DNA of 64,000 nt from a virus. This document shows positions 30,477 through 44,412 of the stretch, piece by piece (the first letter of the stretch is position 1; the number at the start of each line of letters is the position of its first letter). Both the position numbers and the translations under genes were made by a program. The notes beneath the pieces were generated by a model. That model did not search any database, was not told where the DNA came from, and saw only the letters and a list, made by a program, of their open reading frames with translations. Location: IMG/VR virus record IMGVR_UViG_3300032285_004008. One strand, 5' to 3'.

Positions 30477-31823
30477 ATGAGCAAAAGAACCGGTAAGCAC
30501 TCCGCACAGCAGAATGACTTTTTGCAGCCAGCTGCAGTAACTATCACCACTGCAACTAACGTTGGTACTAACCGACCATACCTGTTTTCTGCTACTGGAA
30601 ATGCTGGCACTGGTGGTGCAGTAAACCTAGTATGGACTCTACCTAATGGCTCAGCTCCAGCTATAAGCTACGATATTACAACTACCCCTACAACTGTAAC
30701 CAAAAACACAACTACACTTCCAACTTCTGGATCTCCATTCGTATTTGAAGGTCTTGCCTCTGGTACAGACTATACATTCACGGTAGTAGCTAAGAACAAT
30801 GCTGGAAACTCAAATCCAACAACTTCTCAAACAGTCTCTGTAAGTACTGTACCTCCTGCCCCAAATACTCCGTCAGTTCGTCAGGTCAGTAATGACCAAA
30901 ATGACTACCTAACAATTACAATCTCTGCAACTGGTGGTTCTGCAATTACCAACTTCCACTGGGAAAGTACTGACTCTAAGTCTGGTGACCGAGGAACTAG
31001 TACCGCAGAATTTGCTGTAGCTCAGGAAGCTAATACTGCCCAACAGTATCGTGCTTATGCCACAAACGCCAATGGAAATTCAGACTGGTCTGGTTATTCT
31101 GGGTCTGTAACAACTCCTCCTTACTTCCCCCCTTACTTCCCGTTCTTCCCTTACTTCCCGCCATTCTTCCCGTACTTCCCTCCTTATTTCCCATACTTCC
31201 CATATTTCCCTCCTTATTTCCCATACTTCCCACCGTTCTTCCCTTATTTCCCTTATTTCCCACCGTTCTTCCCTTACTTCCCACCGTTCTTCCCTTATTT
31301 CCCACCGTTCTTCCCGTTCTTCCCGTTCTTCCCTCCTCGCTTCTGCATCGAGGAAAGTACTTTGGTTGATACTCCTTCGGGATCAGTAGCGGCTAAGGAT
31401 CTTAAGGTAGGAGATACCTTGGTATCAGTAGCTCTAGAAGAGCTTTCAACAGAGCCTCGATCTGAAGAAAACTTTATTATTGGCCCTACACTAACCCTCG
31501 GCGGTGGAGAGCCAGTAGAGACTACTATCGTTGACATTATCGAGAGTACTAAGGCAGAAATCGTATACTTCAATGAAGATACAACTGCTAAGTACTCAAA
31601 TGAGCAGTCAATGTTTGCCCTAGTTGATGGTCAGTTCCAGACTATAAATGCTGGACTACTGAAGCCTGGAGACTACTTGGTCAAGGTGCTGCCGGATGGT
31701 ACTTATGTAACAGAAGAGATCTCATCTATCACCGAGATTTACGAACCTACAACCGTATATCAGTACATCTGTGAACCATATAACTGGTTTATTGCAGGTG
31801 GATATCTAGTACACCAGAACTAA
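30477..31823 (+). CDS. FN3-like domains + 76-aa Pro/Tyr/Phe repeat + C-terminal Hint (intein-like) domain
   Basis: FN3 pattern (GLASGTDYTFTVVAKNNAG); repeat at aa 214-289; Hint from Cys290: CIEESTLVDTPSG..KDLKVGD ... LKPGD ... VYQY..EPYNWFIAGGYLVHQN*. Confidence 0.8.
   Translation: MSKRTGKHSAQQNDFLQPAAVTITTATNVGTNRPYLFSATGNAGTGGAVNLVWTLPNGSAPAISYDITTTPTTVTKNTTTLPTSGSPFVFEGLASGTDYTFTVVAKNNAGNSNPTTSQTVSVSTVPPAPNTPSVRQVSNDQNDYLTITISATGGSAITNFHWESTDSKSGDRGTSTAEFAVAQEANTAQQYRAYATNANGNSDWSGYSGSVTTPPYFPPYFPFFPYFPPFFPYFPPYFPYFPYFPPYFPYFPPFFPYFPYFPPFFPYFPPFFPYFPPFFPFFPFFPPRFCIEESTLVDTPSGSVAAKDLKVGDTLVSVALEELSTEPRSEENFIIGPTLTLGGGEPVETTIVDIIESTKAEIVYFNEDTTAKYSNEQSMFALVDGQFQTINAGLLKPGDYLVKVLPDGTYVTEEISSITEIYEPTTVYQYICEPYNWFIAGGYLVHQN
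31116..31343 (+). repeat. P(P)[YF]F coding repeat, 22 units; polypyrimidine-skewed
   Basis: PPYF PPYF PFF PYF PPFF ... PPRF, read from the sequence. Confidence 0.95.
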
Positions 31824-31829
31824 ATTAAG

Positions 31830-31862
31830 AAAAAATAAGGCCCCCACGGGCCTTATTTTTTT
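31830..31862 (+). terminator. Rho-independent (bidirectional-type) terminator
   Basis: AAAAAATAAGGCCC-CCAC-GGGCCTTATTTTTTT. Confidence 0.85.
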
Positions 31863-31914
31863 GCCAAAATCAGGATAATAGTGCTAGACTGGTGCCAATA
31901 GTTCAGGAGAATAT

Positions 31915-32667
31915 ATGACATACGATCCAAGTCAAAATAACTGGTTTACTAAAGACAGATCAGAAACTACTAGTAATAGGTCTGCAAATCGCCAGTTAGG
32001 TCCAATTACCGTATCTAATCCAGCACTGGGGATTAATGTTTATAGTGGTGCAATTTCTAGAGAACAAGGTCTTAAGTACATAGAGACTCTAGAATCTCAT
32101 TTGAATGGGCAAACAAAATATGAGTGGCAGGGGGCTCGCGTGACCTCCTCAGACGAAGTTGCCTTATATGCCAGAAACGCTTTAGATTTTAAAATTAGCT
32201 CTAATAATCTAGGAGCTAGAACACAAGAAAACTCAGAGCTATATGACATGCATGAAAGAGTTTTTCAGGCTATTCGCCAATGTGTCGATGATTACGGTCG
32301 CCTATGGGGGGTAGGGATCGCATCCTATGAGTCCTTTAATTTTGTAAAATATGATGGCCCTGGCACTCACTTTAAGATTCATGCCGATCATGGACCAACC
32401 TATGTATGCACAATATCTGTCGTAGTTTATTTGAATGACGATTATGAGGGTGGAGAGATTTATTTCCCAAGATTTGATGGTCTAACTATTAAGCCAAAAG
32501 CTGGAGACATCGTTGTGTTCCCATCTACTTTTATCTATGAGCACGCATCTCAAGATATGGTTAGCGGAATTAAGTATGCAGTAGTTGTAATGACTGACTA
32601 CAACGATCGCGATGGGGTAAACCACCGAGTATCTCCAACTATTCAAAACTATGAACTGAAGTACTAG
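31915..32667 (+). CDS. 2OG-Fe(II) dioxygenase, P4H-like (array gene 1)
   Basis: HADHG...YLNDDYEGGEIYF...FPS...H...GIKY. Confidence 0.88.
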   Translation: MTYDPSQNNWFTKDRSETTSNRSANRQLGPITVSNPALGINVYSGAISREQGLKYIETLESHLNGQTKYEWQGARVTSSDEVALYARNALDFKISSNNLGARTQENSELYDMHERVFQAIRQCVDDYGRLWGVGIASYESFNFVKYDGPGTHFKIHADHGPTYVCTISVVVYLNDDYEGGEIYFPRFDGLTIKPKAGDIVVFPSTFIYEHASQDMVSGIKYAVVVMTDYNDRDGVNHRVSPTIQNYELKY

Positions 32668-32680
32668 TAGAAGGAAGCAA

Positions 32681-33430
32681 ATGGAAACTGGACACATTAG
32701 CGCCCCCGATGAGCAGATGAAAAAAGACATGGAAGAGCACAATACTCGTCTCAAGTCTTGGTATAACATCGGGAATCAAACTTGGAGTTCGGCAGAAGAA
32801 GTAGCTCCTGGAACAGGAATTTGGGTATACCATGACGTACTTCCACCAACCTTAAACATTATTGATCGTCTAGAAGCAGTTCTCAGCGATCCATCTAATG
32901 ACTACAATTTTGCAGATGCTATGGTTGGCTACGGGGTGAAGATGCCAGAATACCGAGACTGCTTTGATTTCAAATATAAAAAGAGTGATATTGCTCAGGA
33001 TACAACCCCATCTGGGCTAGCATTGCATCAGCTAGCGGATGATGTCTATTCCAGAGAACTAGAGGCTGTAAAGCACTACACTAAGCACTACAATATCGGT
33101 GAACTCCGATACTGGGAAGCAACTAACTATATTAAATATGGCCCTGGTCAGCACTTCCAAGAGCACCATGATCATGGATTTTCATATAACTGTGTTGTGT
33201 CTCTAGTAGCATTCCCTAACGATGATTACGAAGGGGGGGAGCTATATTTCCGTCTCCACAATGTAACCATTAAACCTAAGGCGGGAGATCTATACATCTT
33301 CCCATCTAACTTTATGTACCCACATCGAGCGATGCCAGTTAAATCAGGGACCAAGTACTCTATGGTTACAATGCTTGACTATAGCGATAAGTTTCACAAT
33401 CCTAAATTTTATGAAGAAACTGGAAGCTAA
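32681..33430 (+). CDS. 2OG-Fe(II) dioxygenase, P4H-like (array gene 2)
   Basis: HHDHG...NDDYEGGELYF...FPS...H...GTKY; paralog of array gene 1. Confidence 0.88.
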   Translation: METGHISAPDEQMKKDMEEHNTRLKSWYNIGNQTWSSAEEVAPGTGIWVYHDVLPPTLNIIDRLEAVLSDPSNDYNFADAMVGYGVKMPEYRDCFDFKYKKSDIAQDTTPSGLALHQLADDVYSRELEAVKHYTKHYNIGELRYWEATNYIKYGPGQHFQEHHDHGFSYNCVVSLVAFPNDDYEGGELYFRLHNVTIKPKAGDLYIFPSNFMYPHRAMPVKSGTKYSMVTMLDYSDKFHNPKFYEETGS

Positions 33431-34167
33431 TGAAGAAAATTGAAGTAAGACGTCTACGCCCCACCTCGGCTCAGGTAGAGCAGCTACCTGGAACCAGAGA
33501 GTGGATGGACAACACTCACGATAAGCATGCGTATATGTGCTTCCCGGTCTCTCTCACTAATCGGTTGGGCTGGGGAATATCTTTCCCCGAGGACATCTCT
33601 TTTATCTGGGATGGTGTGGAGAACTATGAACAACACCACGTAAAAGTCCTTAAGGGATCCGACTATGTATATACAGGAAGAGCCCACGGCACAGTTAGTT
33701 TCTATGGTGGACTAATGATTAGAACCGATGAGAATACGTCAATGCTTACGATGCCTACACCTAATCTATTTATTAGGGGTATTCAGCCGTTTACGACGCT
33801 AATGAGCACATCTTTCTATACGGGAGAATATCCACTAGCTCTTAAGATAACTGAGCCAAATCGAGAAATAACTATCCCAGCTGGTACCCCTATTTTTACC
33901 ATTCTGCCTATTTCAATCGGTAGCTTGCAAGACGAATACGAGATGGAAATCTCTGAAGGTGATATGTCTCGTGAATACTATGAAGAACTTAAGAAATATG
34001 GCGATGCTGCAGAGGCTAAGAACTCTGTTGGCGACTGGTCAAAGATGTATCGAGATGCAATCAACTATGACGGAAGTTCAATGGGATCGCATGAGTCAAA
34101 AAATATTCGACTAAAGACAGTAAAGTGTCCAGTAACAGGAGATACCTATGAAATCCCAGCTGATTAA
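33430..34167 (+). CDS. DUF6065-like protein (array gene 3)
   Basis: REWMD....HAY.C.P....N..GW...P.D..FIWDG and IPAGTP motifs. Confidence 0.6.
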   Translation: MKKIEVRRLRPTSAQVEQLPGTREWMDNTHDKHAYMCFPVSLTNRLGWGISFPEDISFIWDGVENYEQHHVKVLKGSDYVYTGRAHGTVSFYGGLMIRTDENTSMLTMPTPNLFIRGIQPFTTLMSTSFYTGEYPLALKITEPNREITIPAGTPIFTILPISIGSLQDEYEMEISEGDMSREYYEELKKYGDAAEAKNSVGDWSKMYRDAINYDGSSMGSHESKNIRLKTVKCPVTGDTYEIPAD

Positions 34168-34885
34168 GTTTATAAGTAATCGACCTTGGTTGAATAGCAA
34201 AAGTGCTTCTGTACCAGGCCCTACTATTAAAACTATTCCAGAATGGTATCGTAAGGCTGATCGTTTTGCAATCAACCCCCACACCAACGAGCCATGGATT
34301 AATCCTCAAGACGGTGGAAAAGTCCCTACATGGAAAGCTTGCCCAGCGGTATTTGACATCATGGGCACTGGCTATGTCTATAAGACCCCATGCGACGTTG
34401 AGGTCTATGAAGAAAATGGCGAGATCCGGATTCGAGTATTAGATCCTCAGAATAAGGACTTTGTTGGCGATCGTATGCCAATGCCCCAGTTTGTTTCGCC
34501 ACGCGGGTATCACGAGAAGCATTTTGCCTGGTGGGCCGATTGGGCAGTAGTTCTTCCAGAGGGCTATAGTGCACTTTATTCTCAGCCTTTTAATCGCTTT
34601 GAGCTACCGTTCTTAACGACCAGTGGAATTATTGATAATGATAAAGTTCATCTCCCAGGTACCATGCCATTTTTTATTGCTAAAGGTTTTACTGGAGTAA
34701 TCCCAGCCGGGACTCCATATGCTCAAATCATCCCATTCAAGCGTGAAGACTGGACCTCAGAGGTTCAAACTAATATCGGCTATGAGCAGATGATGAAGAA
34801 TAATATGGAAAATAGCCAGAAGTACCGAGTACCTAATGGTGGAGTTTATCAAAAGGAAGTCTGGACTCGCCGAGTCTACGAGTAA
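34148..34885 (+). CDS. DUF6065-like/dUTPase-fold phage protein (array gene 4)
   Basis: PEWY...TWKACP...D....GY...TPCD, PEGYS.L..QPFN, SGIIDND, IPAGTP.AQIIPFKREDW. Confidence 0.55.
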   Translation: MKSQLIKFISNRPWLNSKSASVPGPTIKTIPEWYRKADRFAINPHTNEPWINPQDGGKVPTWKACPAVFDIMGTGYVYKTPCDVEVYEENGEIRIRVLDPQNKDFVGDRMPMPQFVSPRGYHEKHFAWWADWAVVLPEGYSALYSQPFNRFELPFLTTSGIIDNDKVHLPGTMPFFIAKGFTGVIPAGTPYAQIIPFKREDWTSEVQTNIGYEQMMKNNMENSQKYRVPNGGVYQKEVWTRRVYE

Positions 34886-34899
34886 TGTAGGATAAAAGT

Positions 34900-35574
34900 A
34901 TGAGTGAACAAGAACTAGCAAATAGCCACAGAGGTGCTGAACGAGTATCTATTACTCCTTCTGGATTTTTTGGTAACTCCCCTGACAATATTGTCACCCT
35001 AGAAAACTTTATGACTGAAGAAGAAATAGTCGCACTGGATACTTTTATTCGTAGCAATACCGAGTGGGATGTAACTGAGACCCACTACAACGACGAGGGC
35101 ACAGTGATCTATGACTCTGACTACTGGGCAAACAGGGTTGCCACGTATGGAACTATCGATCGAGTAAATCCGGAAATCCCTAGAATTATTGAGGGAATGG
35201 TAGCTCGTTTTAAGGTTGAAGTAGATAAGTTCTTTAATGTTGATGCCATGCCAACAAGCCCTGCTCTAGTTCGATGGCTACCAGGGATGTTCCAGCACCC
35301 ACATGCTGATAAGGAACTTCACGTTGGTGATGATAGAGGAAAGCCAAATGATTTTCCATATTATGACCTAGCTGGCCTTTTTTATATCAATGACGACTAC
35401 GAGGGTGGAGAGCTGTACTTCCCAAACCAGGGAATCCAGTTCAAGCCAAAGCGTGGAGCTGCCTACTTCTTCCCCGGAGATATGAACTATATCCATGGGG
35501 TAACTGAGATTAAATCCGGTATTCGCTACACATGCCCGTTCTTCTGGACAATTGTTAAGCATCATGGAAGTTAA
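34900..35574 (+). CDS. 2OG-Fe(II) dioxygenase, P4H-like (array gene 5)
   Basis: HAD...YINDDYEGGELYFP...HGV...GIRY. Confidence 0.88.
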   Translation: MSEQELANSHRGAERVSITPSGFFGNSPDNIVTLENFMTEEEIVALDTFIRSNTEWDVTETHYNDEGTVIYDSDYWANRVATYGTIDRVNPEIPRIIEGMVARFKVEVDKFFNVDAMPTSPALVRWLPGMFQHPHADKELHVGDDRGKPNDFPYYDLAGLFYINDDYEGGELYFPNQGIQFKPKRGAAYFFPGDMNYIHGVTEIKSGIRYTCPFFWTIVKHHGS

Positions 35575-36328
35575 AAACCTATACCCAAAAATAAGTGTTT
35601 ATAGCGGTTTGCTAGGAAATACTTCTGAGCTTGTGACTACCCTAAGGGAAGTATATGACTGGGATGGTTGGTATACTTTTGGCGATCAGACCGTTATCCA
35701 GTTGAATCGTAGAACCTTCGAGACCTTCCCAACGAAAGAAGAGTGGAAGCAGATTGAAGATTCTGTAGAAAAGCCTAACTCAGCGGCAAGTATGATCTTG
35801 TCTGCCTTCTATGAAGCAACTAAACATTATGTAGAAAATAACAAAATTACTCCAGTAGCTTGGAATTTTAACTCTCCTGCAATATGCATGTATAACACTA
35901 ATGCTGGTGCATCAGAAGAAGTTGCCATGCACTACCACACCGATTTTCAGCAAGAAAAACGTGATGAACCCGGATTTAAACCATACATTACATGCACTAT
36001 GTATTTGAATGACGACTATGAAGGTGGAGAGATAGATTTTAAGATTCTAAAAGAAGGATCTCCATCAGATAATTTTGTATACAAACCCAAAGCAGGGGAT
36101 ATTTTAGTATTCCCATCTAATCAGCCTTACTACCACGGAGTGCATTTAACAACCAAAGGTCAAAAATATTTTGTTAGATCGTTCTGGGACTATTACTTTC
36201 CAGGCACCCCGGAATGGCACCAAGGACTTAAATCATATGGTCAAGAAAAATGGCTAGAGATGGAAGCTCAGCGGGAGAAGGCAGAGAGAATTGATGGACG
36301 CTATAACCTCATGAATGGGGATTACTAA
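35564..36328 (+). CDS. 2OG-Fe(II) dioxygenase, P4H-like (array gene 6)
   Basis: HTD...YLNDDYEGGEI.F...FPS...HGV...GQKY; start probably ATG 35564. Confidence 0.88.
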   Translation: MEVKNLYPKISVYSGLLGNTSELVTTLREVYDWDGWYTFGDQTVIQLNRRTFETFPTKEEWKQIEDSVEKPNSAASMILSAFYEATKHYVENNKITPVAWNFNSPAICMYNTNAGASEEVAMHYHTDFQQEKRDEPGFKPYITCTMYLNDDYEGGEIDFKILKEGSPSDNFVYKPKAGDILVFPSNQPYYHGVHLTTKGQKYFVRSFWDYYFPGTPEWHQGLKSYGQEKWLEMEAQREKAERIDGRYNLMNGDY

Positions 36329-37053
36329 TGTCGTATTCTTTAGATTCAAATACTTTTATATACTATAAAAATGAAATAAATACAAAATCTCAGCTCGGTG
36401 TGCTAGAAAATAAAATTGTTGAAATACCTAATTTTGTAGATGCTGATATTGCAGAGAAACTAATTGAGTATTTTGAAAATGGCCCAGAATCCTGGGAGCC
36501 TATTGCTTTTTACGGCTCCTATGGCATGGGACTGAATCCAGATGCTGAAGAGTTAAAAAAGTTTGACCTAGACTCTAAAGTGTTTGAAATTATAAACAGC
36601 AAAACTAAAGCCGCTGTAGAGATTATTTTTAATATAGAAGTTAAACCAAATACATCTCACGCCCAAAAATGGGTGGAGGGTGGATTTGCCTATCCTCACT
36701 CGGATAATTCCGATTTTGACGGGAATCCAACTGCATTCGAAATAAACAAATATGTAGCCATTTTATACTTAAATGATGACTATACTGGCGGGATCTTGCA
36801 CTTCCCAGACCATAACCTTTCAATTAAGCCTAACAAATACTCTATATACATAATGCCTGGTGGTATAGAGAATATCCATGAAGTAAGGGAAATACTCTCT
36901 GGAGAACGCCACACTATGCTCTCGTTCTGGGATTTTGCAGATTCAACCTACTCGGAAGAAAGAAAGCTTCAGTGGGAAAAAGAATTAGAAGAAGTTAGAG
37001 CCTCTCAAGCCGAGCAACGCGAAGAGTGGAAAAACGGAAATAAATACGCATGA
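36328..37053 (+). CDS. 2OG-Fe(II) dioxygenase, P4H-like (array gene 7)
   Basis: HSD...YLNDDYTGG.L.F...HEV...GER. Confidence 0.88.
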   Translation: MSYSLDSNTFIYYKNEINTKSQLGVLENKIVEIPNFVDADIAEKLIEYFENGPESWEPIAFYGSYGMGLNPDAEELKKFDLDSKVFEIINSKTKAAVEIIFNIEVKPNTSHAQKWVEGGFAYPHSDNSDFDGNPTAFEINKYVAILYLNDDYTGGILHFPDHNLSIKPNKYSIYIMPGGIENIHEVREILSGERHTMLSFWDFADSTYSEERKLQWEKELEEVRASQAEQREEWKNGNKYA

Positions 37054-37066
37054 ATAAGGTAGCACT

Positions 37067-37864
37067 ATGTCAGAACTAAATCCTATAGAGATATACCCAA
37101 GAATCATGGTATTTAAGGGTGCATTTAAAGACCCGATGGCTTTTATTGAAAAAGTTAAGCAGCTTCCTACGTGGCAAGCTTGGTGGACTTTTGGAGAATT
37201 GGCAAGCCTACCTGGACCCGAATATACAAGATTCGAAACCAAACCAACCCCCGCCGAGTGGGAAAAATTTATTGCAGATACTGAGGTAAATCAGAAAGGT
37301 ATGCCAGGTGCTGATTTACCACCATACATTGATCAACTTTTTTATGAAGTAACTAATCACTATATGGATGTATACCCACTTGAATTAAAAAACTGGTGCC
37401 ACCAAAAACCTTCTATTGCTAAATATGTAGCTCTAGGTGGGGTTGATGATGATCGCTACTCAATGCATTACCACACAGACTTTCAGCGAGAAAAAGCAGA
37501 TGCACCTGGTCTCAAGTTTGCACTAACTTGCACCATGTACTTGAATGACGACTATGAGGGCGGGGAGCTTTCATTTAAAATTCTTCGAGAAGACGGTGTG
37601 GTGGATACTATAGATTTTAAGCCTGGTTTAGGTGACGTAGTTGTTTTTCCATCAGTAGAGCCGTACTTTCACGGGGTACGTCAAATTGCAACAGGAGATC
37701 GTTATTTTATTAGAACTTTTTGGCTAGAGCAGTTCGAGGGAACCCCGGAGTGGAATGCTGGATTAGCAGAGCACGGGCCGGAGAAATGGGCTGAAATGGA
37801 AAAAGCTAGAGAAAGCGCCTTTAGAAGAGAGCAAGACAAACATAGGGATAGGTTCTACGACTAG
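37067..37864 (+). CDS. 2OG-Fe(II) dioxygenase, P4H-like (array gene 8)
   Basis: HTD...YLNDDYEGGELSF...HGV...GDRY; paralog of array gene 6. Confidence 0.88.
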   Translation: MSELNPIEIYPRIMVFKGAFKDPMAFIEKVKQLPTWQAWWTFGELASLPGPEYTRFETKPTPAEWEKFIADTEVNQKGMPGADLPPYIDQLFYEVTNHYMDVYPLELKNWCHQKPSIAKYVALGGVDDDRYSMHYHTDFQREKADAPGLKFALTCTMYLNDDYEGGELSFKILREDGVVDTIDFKPGLGDVVVFPSVEPYFHGVRQIATGDRYFIRTFWLEQFEGTPEWNAGLAEHGPEKWAEMEKARESAFRREQDKHRDRFYD

Positions 37865-37901
37865 TAGTATACTTATATTTTAAGAATAAATTAGGAGAAA
37901 A

Positions 37902-38591
37902 ATGATTCCGGAACCGATATGGCTAAAGGATGATGTTGTCACATTTCCTGAATTTTTAAGCCCGGAAGAGTGCAACAAGATTATTGCATTCTTTGAAGAA
38001 CAGGGTACAGTATCAGGTCACTGGATGCAGACCTGCTTCTATGACTCTCTAGGCATGGCTCTCATGATTGATGAGGATGCCTTGCATCGTTCGGGGTTGG
38101 AAGATATCCACCAAAACTATTTCCGTTGGTTGCCAGAGCACATCCGCGCTGCCGTAGAGCAAGCCTACGATCGAGAAGTTACTTTAAATAGTGCTCATGC
38201 TCAGAAATGGCCAAAGGGGGCTTTTGCTCGTTGGCACTCGGATAGTTCTGACCTAGAGGGAAATCTAACTGCATGGCGTAACAATAAGTTTGCCACCGTT
38301 CTATATTTAAATGATGATTACGAGGGTGGGGAGCTAGAGTTTCGTGATCATGATCTAACTGTAAAACTCCCTCAGGGTAGCCTAATTGCTTTTCCTGGTG
38401 GCGTTCAGAATATTCATCGTATTACTGAAATTCTAGAAGGAACTAGATTTACAGTAGTAGGTTTCTGGGATTATGCTGACTCGGTTTACACCGAAGAAGA
38501 GCTCAAGCAGATGGAAGATGAAATTGCGTATGAGCGCACCCGCCAGGATGAGCAAAAGAAGCAATGGGCTGCAGGGAACAAAAACGCTTAA
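37902..38591 (+). CDS. 2OG-Fe(II) dioxygenase, P4H-like (array gene 9)
   Basis: HSD...YLNDDYEGGELEF...HRI...GTRF; paralog of array gene 7. Confidence 0.88.
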   Translation: MIPEPIWLKDDVVTFPEFLSPEECNKIIAFFEEQGTVSGHWMQTCFYDSLGMALMIDEDALHRSGLEDIHQNYFRWLPEHIRAAVEQAYDREVTLNSAHAQKWPKGAFARWHSDSSDLEGNLTAWRNNKFATVLYLNDDYEGGELEFRDHDLTVKLPQGSLIAFPGGVQNIHRITEILEGTRFTVVGFWDYADSVYTEEELKQMEDEIAYERTRQDEQKKQWAAGNKNA

Positions 38592-38607
38592 ATAGCTTGG
38601 GAGAGCC

Positions 38608-39297
38608 ATGATTGATCCATCAAAAGTAACTGTATATGCCGACAGAATTTTTTATTTTGAAGGCATTTTAGATGATCCTGAATATGCAATAGATATGCAT
38701 AAAAATATGGATTCTTTGCTAGAAACAGATCACTATGATGTTTTCCATAAGCTAGGTCCGTGGCAAACATCGGATGAGATACCGCACATCTATGGCACTA
38801 AGCGTATGTCCACAAGAATGTATTTAGAGTCTACTAAAAACGAGGAAGTAAAAGCTTTTTATACAAAAATAAATAATATTTTTGATGAAGCTGGTCGTTA
38901 CTACTTCGATGCTCTTGGCATGGATTATCAAGGTGGCAGAATTATGACTGATTTTGCCTCATTCCACTACAATACTGGAGAGGAAATGGGGCCTCATGTT
39001 GATGATAACTATGAGCCTCAAGTGGACCCTATTTGTACAGGATTAATTTACCTAAATGATAACAAAATAGGTGGAGATCTTTGGTTTCCAGAGCAGAATT
39101 TAACTATTAAATCTACTCCAGGAAGCATGGTTATTTTCCCATGCGTAAAGCCATTTTTTCACTCATCTACCAAAATTCAGCAAGGTGAAAAATTCCACAT
39201 TGGTACCGGGTGGAAGCGTCATAGAACTCCAGAAGAAATTGCAGCACTAGATCCGGATTATGGAAAAGATGCTAGACCAGACCTAGCTATGAAATAA
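38608..39297 (+). CDS. 2OG-Fe(II) dioxygenase, P4H-like (array gene 10)
   Basis: HVD...YLND...GGDLWFP...HSS...GEKF. Confidence 0.85.
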   Translation: MIDPSKVTVYADRIFYFEGILDDPEYAIDMHKNMDSLLETDHYDVFHKLGPWQTSDEIPHIYGTKRMSTRMYLESTKNEEVKAFYTKINNIFDEAGRYYFDALGMDYQGGRIMTDFASFHYNTGEEMGPHVDDNYEPQVDPICTGLIYLNDNKIGGDLWFPEQNLTIKSTPGSMVIFPCVKPFFHSSTKIQQGEKFHIGTGWKRHRTPEEIAALDPDYGKDARPDLAMK

Positions 39298-39386
39298 TAT
39301 ATCCTATATCTAAAAATAAAACAATTCAATCAAACACCGCATACTAGGGTAAAATATAAGAGACCTCATATATCTTAGGGACTCTT

Positions 39387-39751
39387 GTGCACTGTACAAC
39401 TACGAATGTTTACGACATTATTGTCGATCAAGGTGCTACCCTCTTGCGTTCAATAGGGTTAAAGAACGCTGCTAAAAAATCAGTGCCTTTAAATGGCTAT
39501 ACCGGAGTGATGGAGATTCGTTATTTAAAAACAGAATCCCCTGATGTGATTTTAACTTTAACCACAGAAAATGGTGGCATTGAGGTAAACCCAACAGCAG
39601 GAACTGTTCTTATTATTGCATCACCTGCGCAAACTGCAGCTATATCTCCAGGAAAATATGTCTACGACTTAGAGATGACCGAGACATCTACGGGCACGGT
39701 CACTAAAGTCATTCAGGGAAACTTAACAGTTAGACCAGAGGTTACAAAATA

Positions 39752-39752
<1 letters not shown>
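39387..39752 (+). CDS. Virion adaptor-like protein; first gene of fibre cassette 2
   Basis: DQGATL...LTTENGGI...YVYDLEM...G.L.VRPEVT; paralog of 18951. Confidence 0.6.
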
Positions 39753-44403
<4,651 letters not shown>

Positions 44404-44412
44404 GAATAGACA

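Noticed and set aside
31030-31573. Antisense ORFs with GNK/GSK repeats
   Set aside because: Reverse-complement shadow of the P/Y/F repeat.
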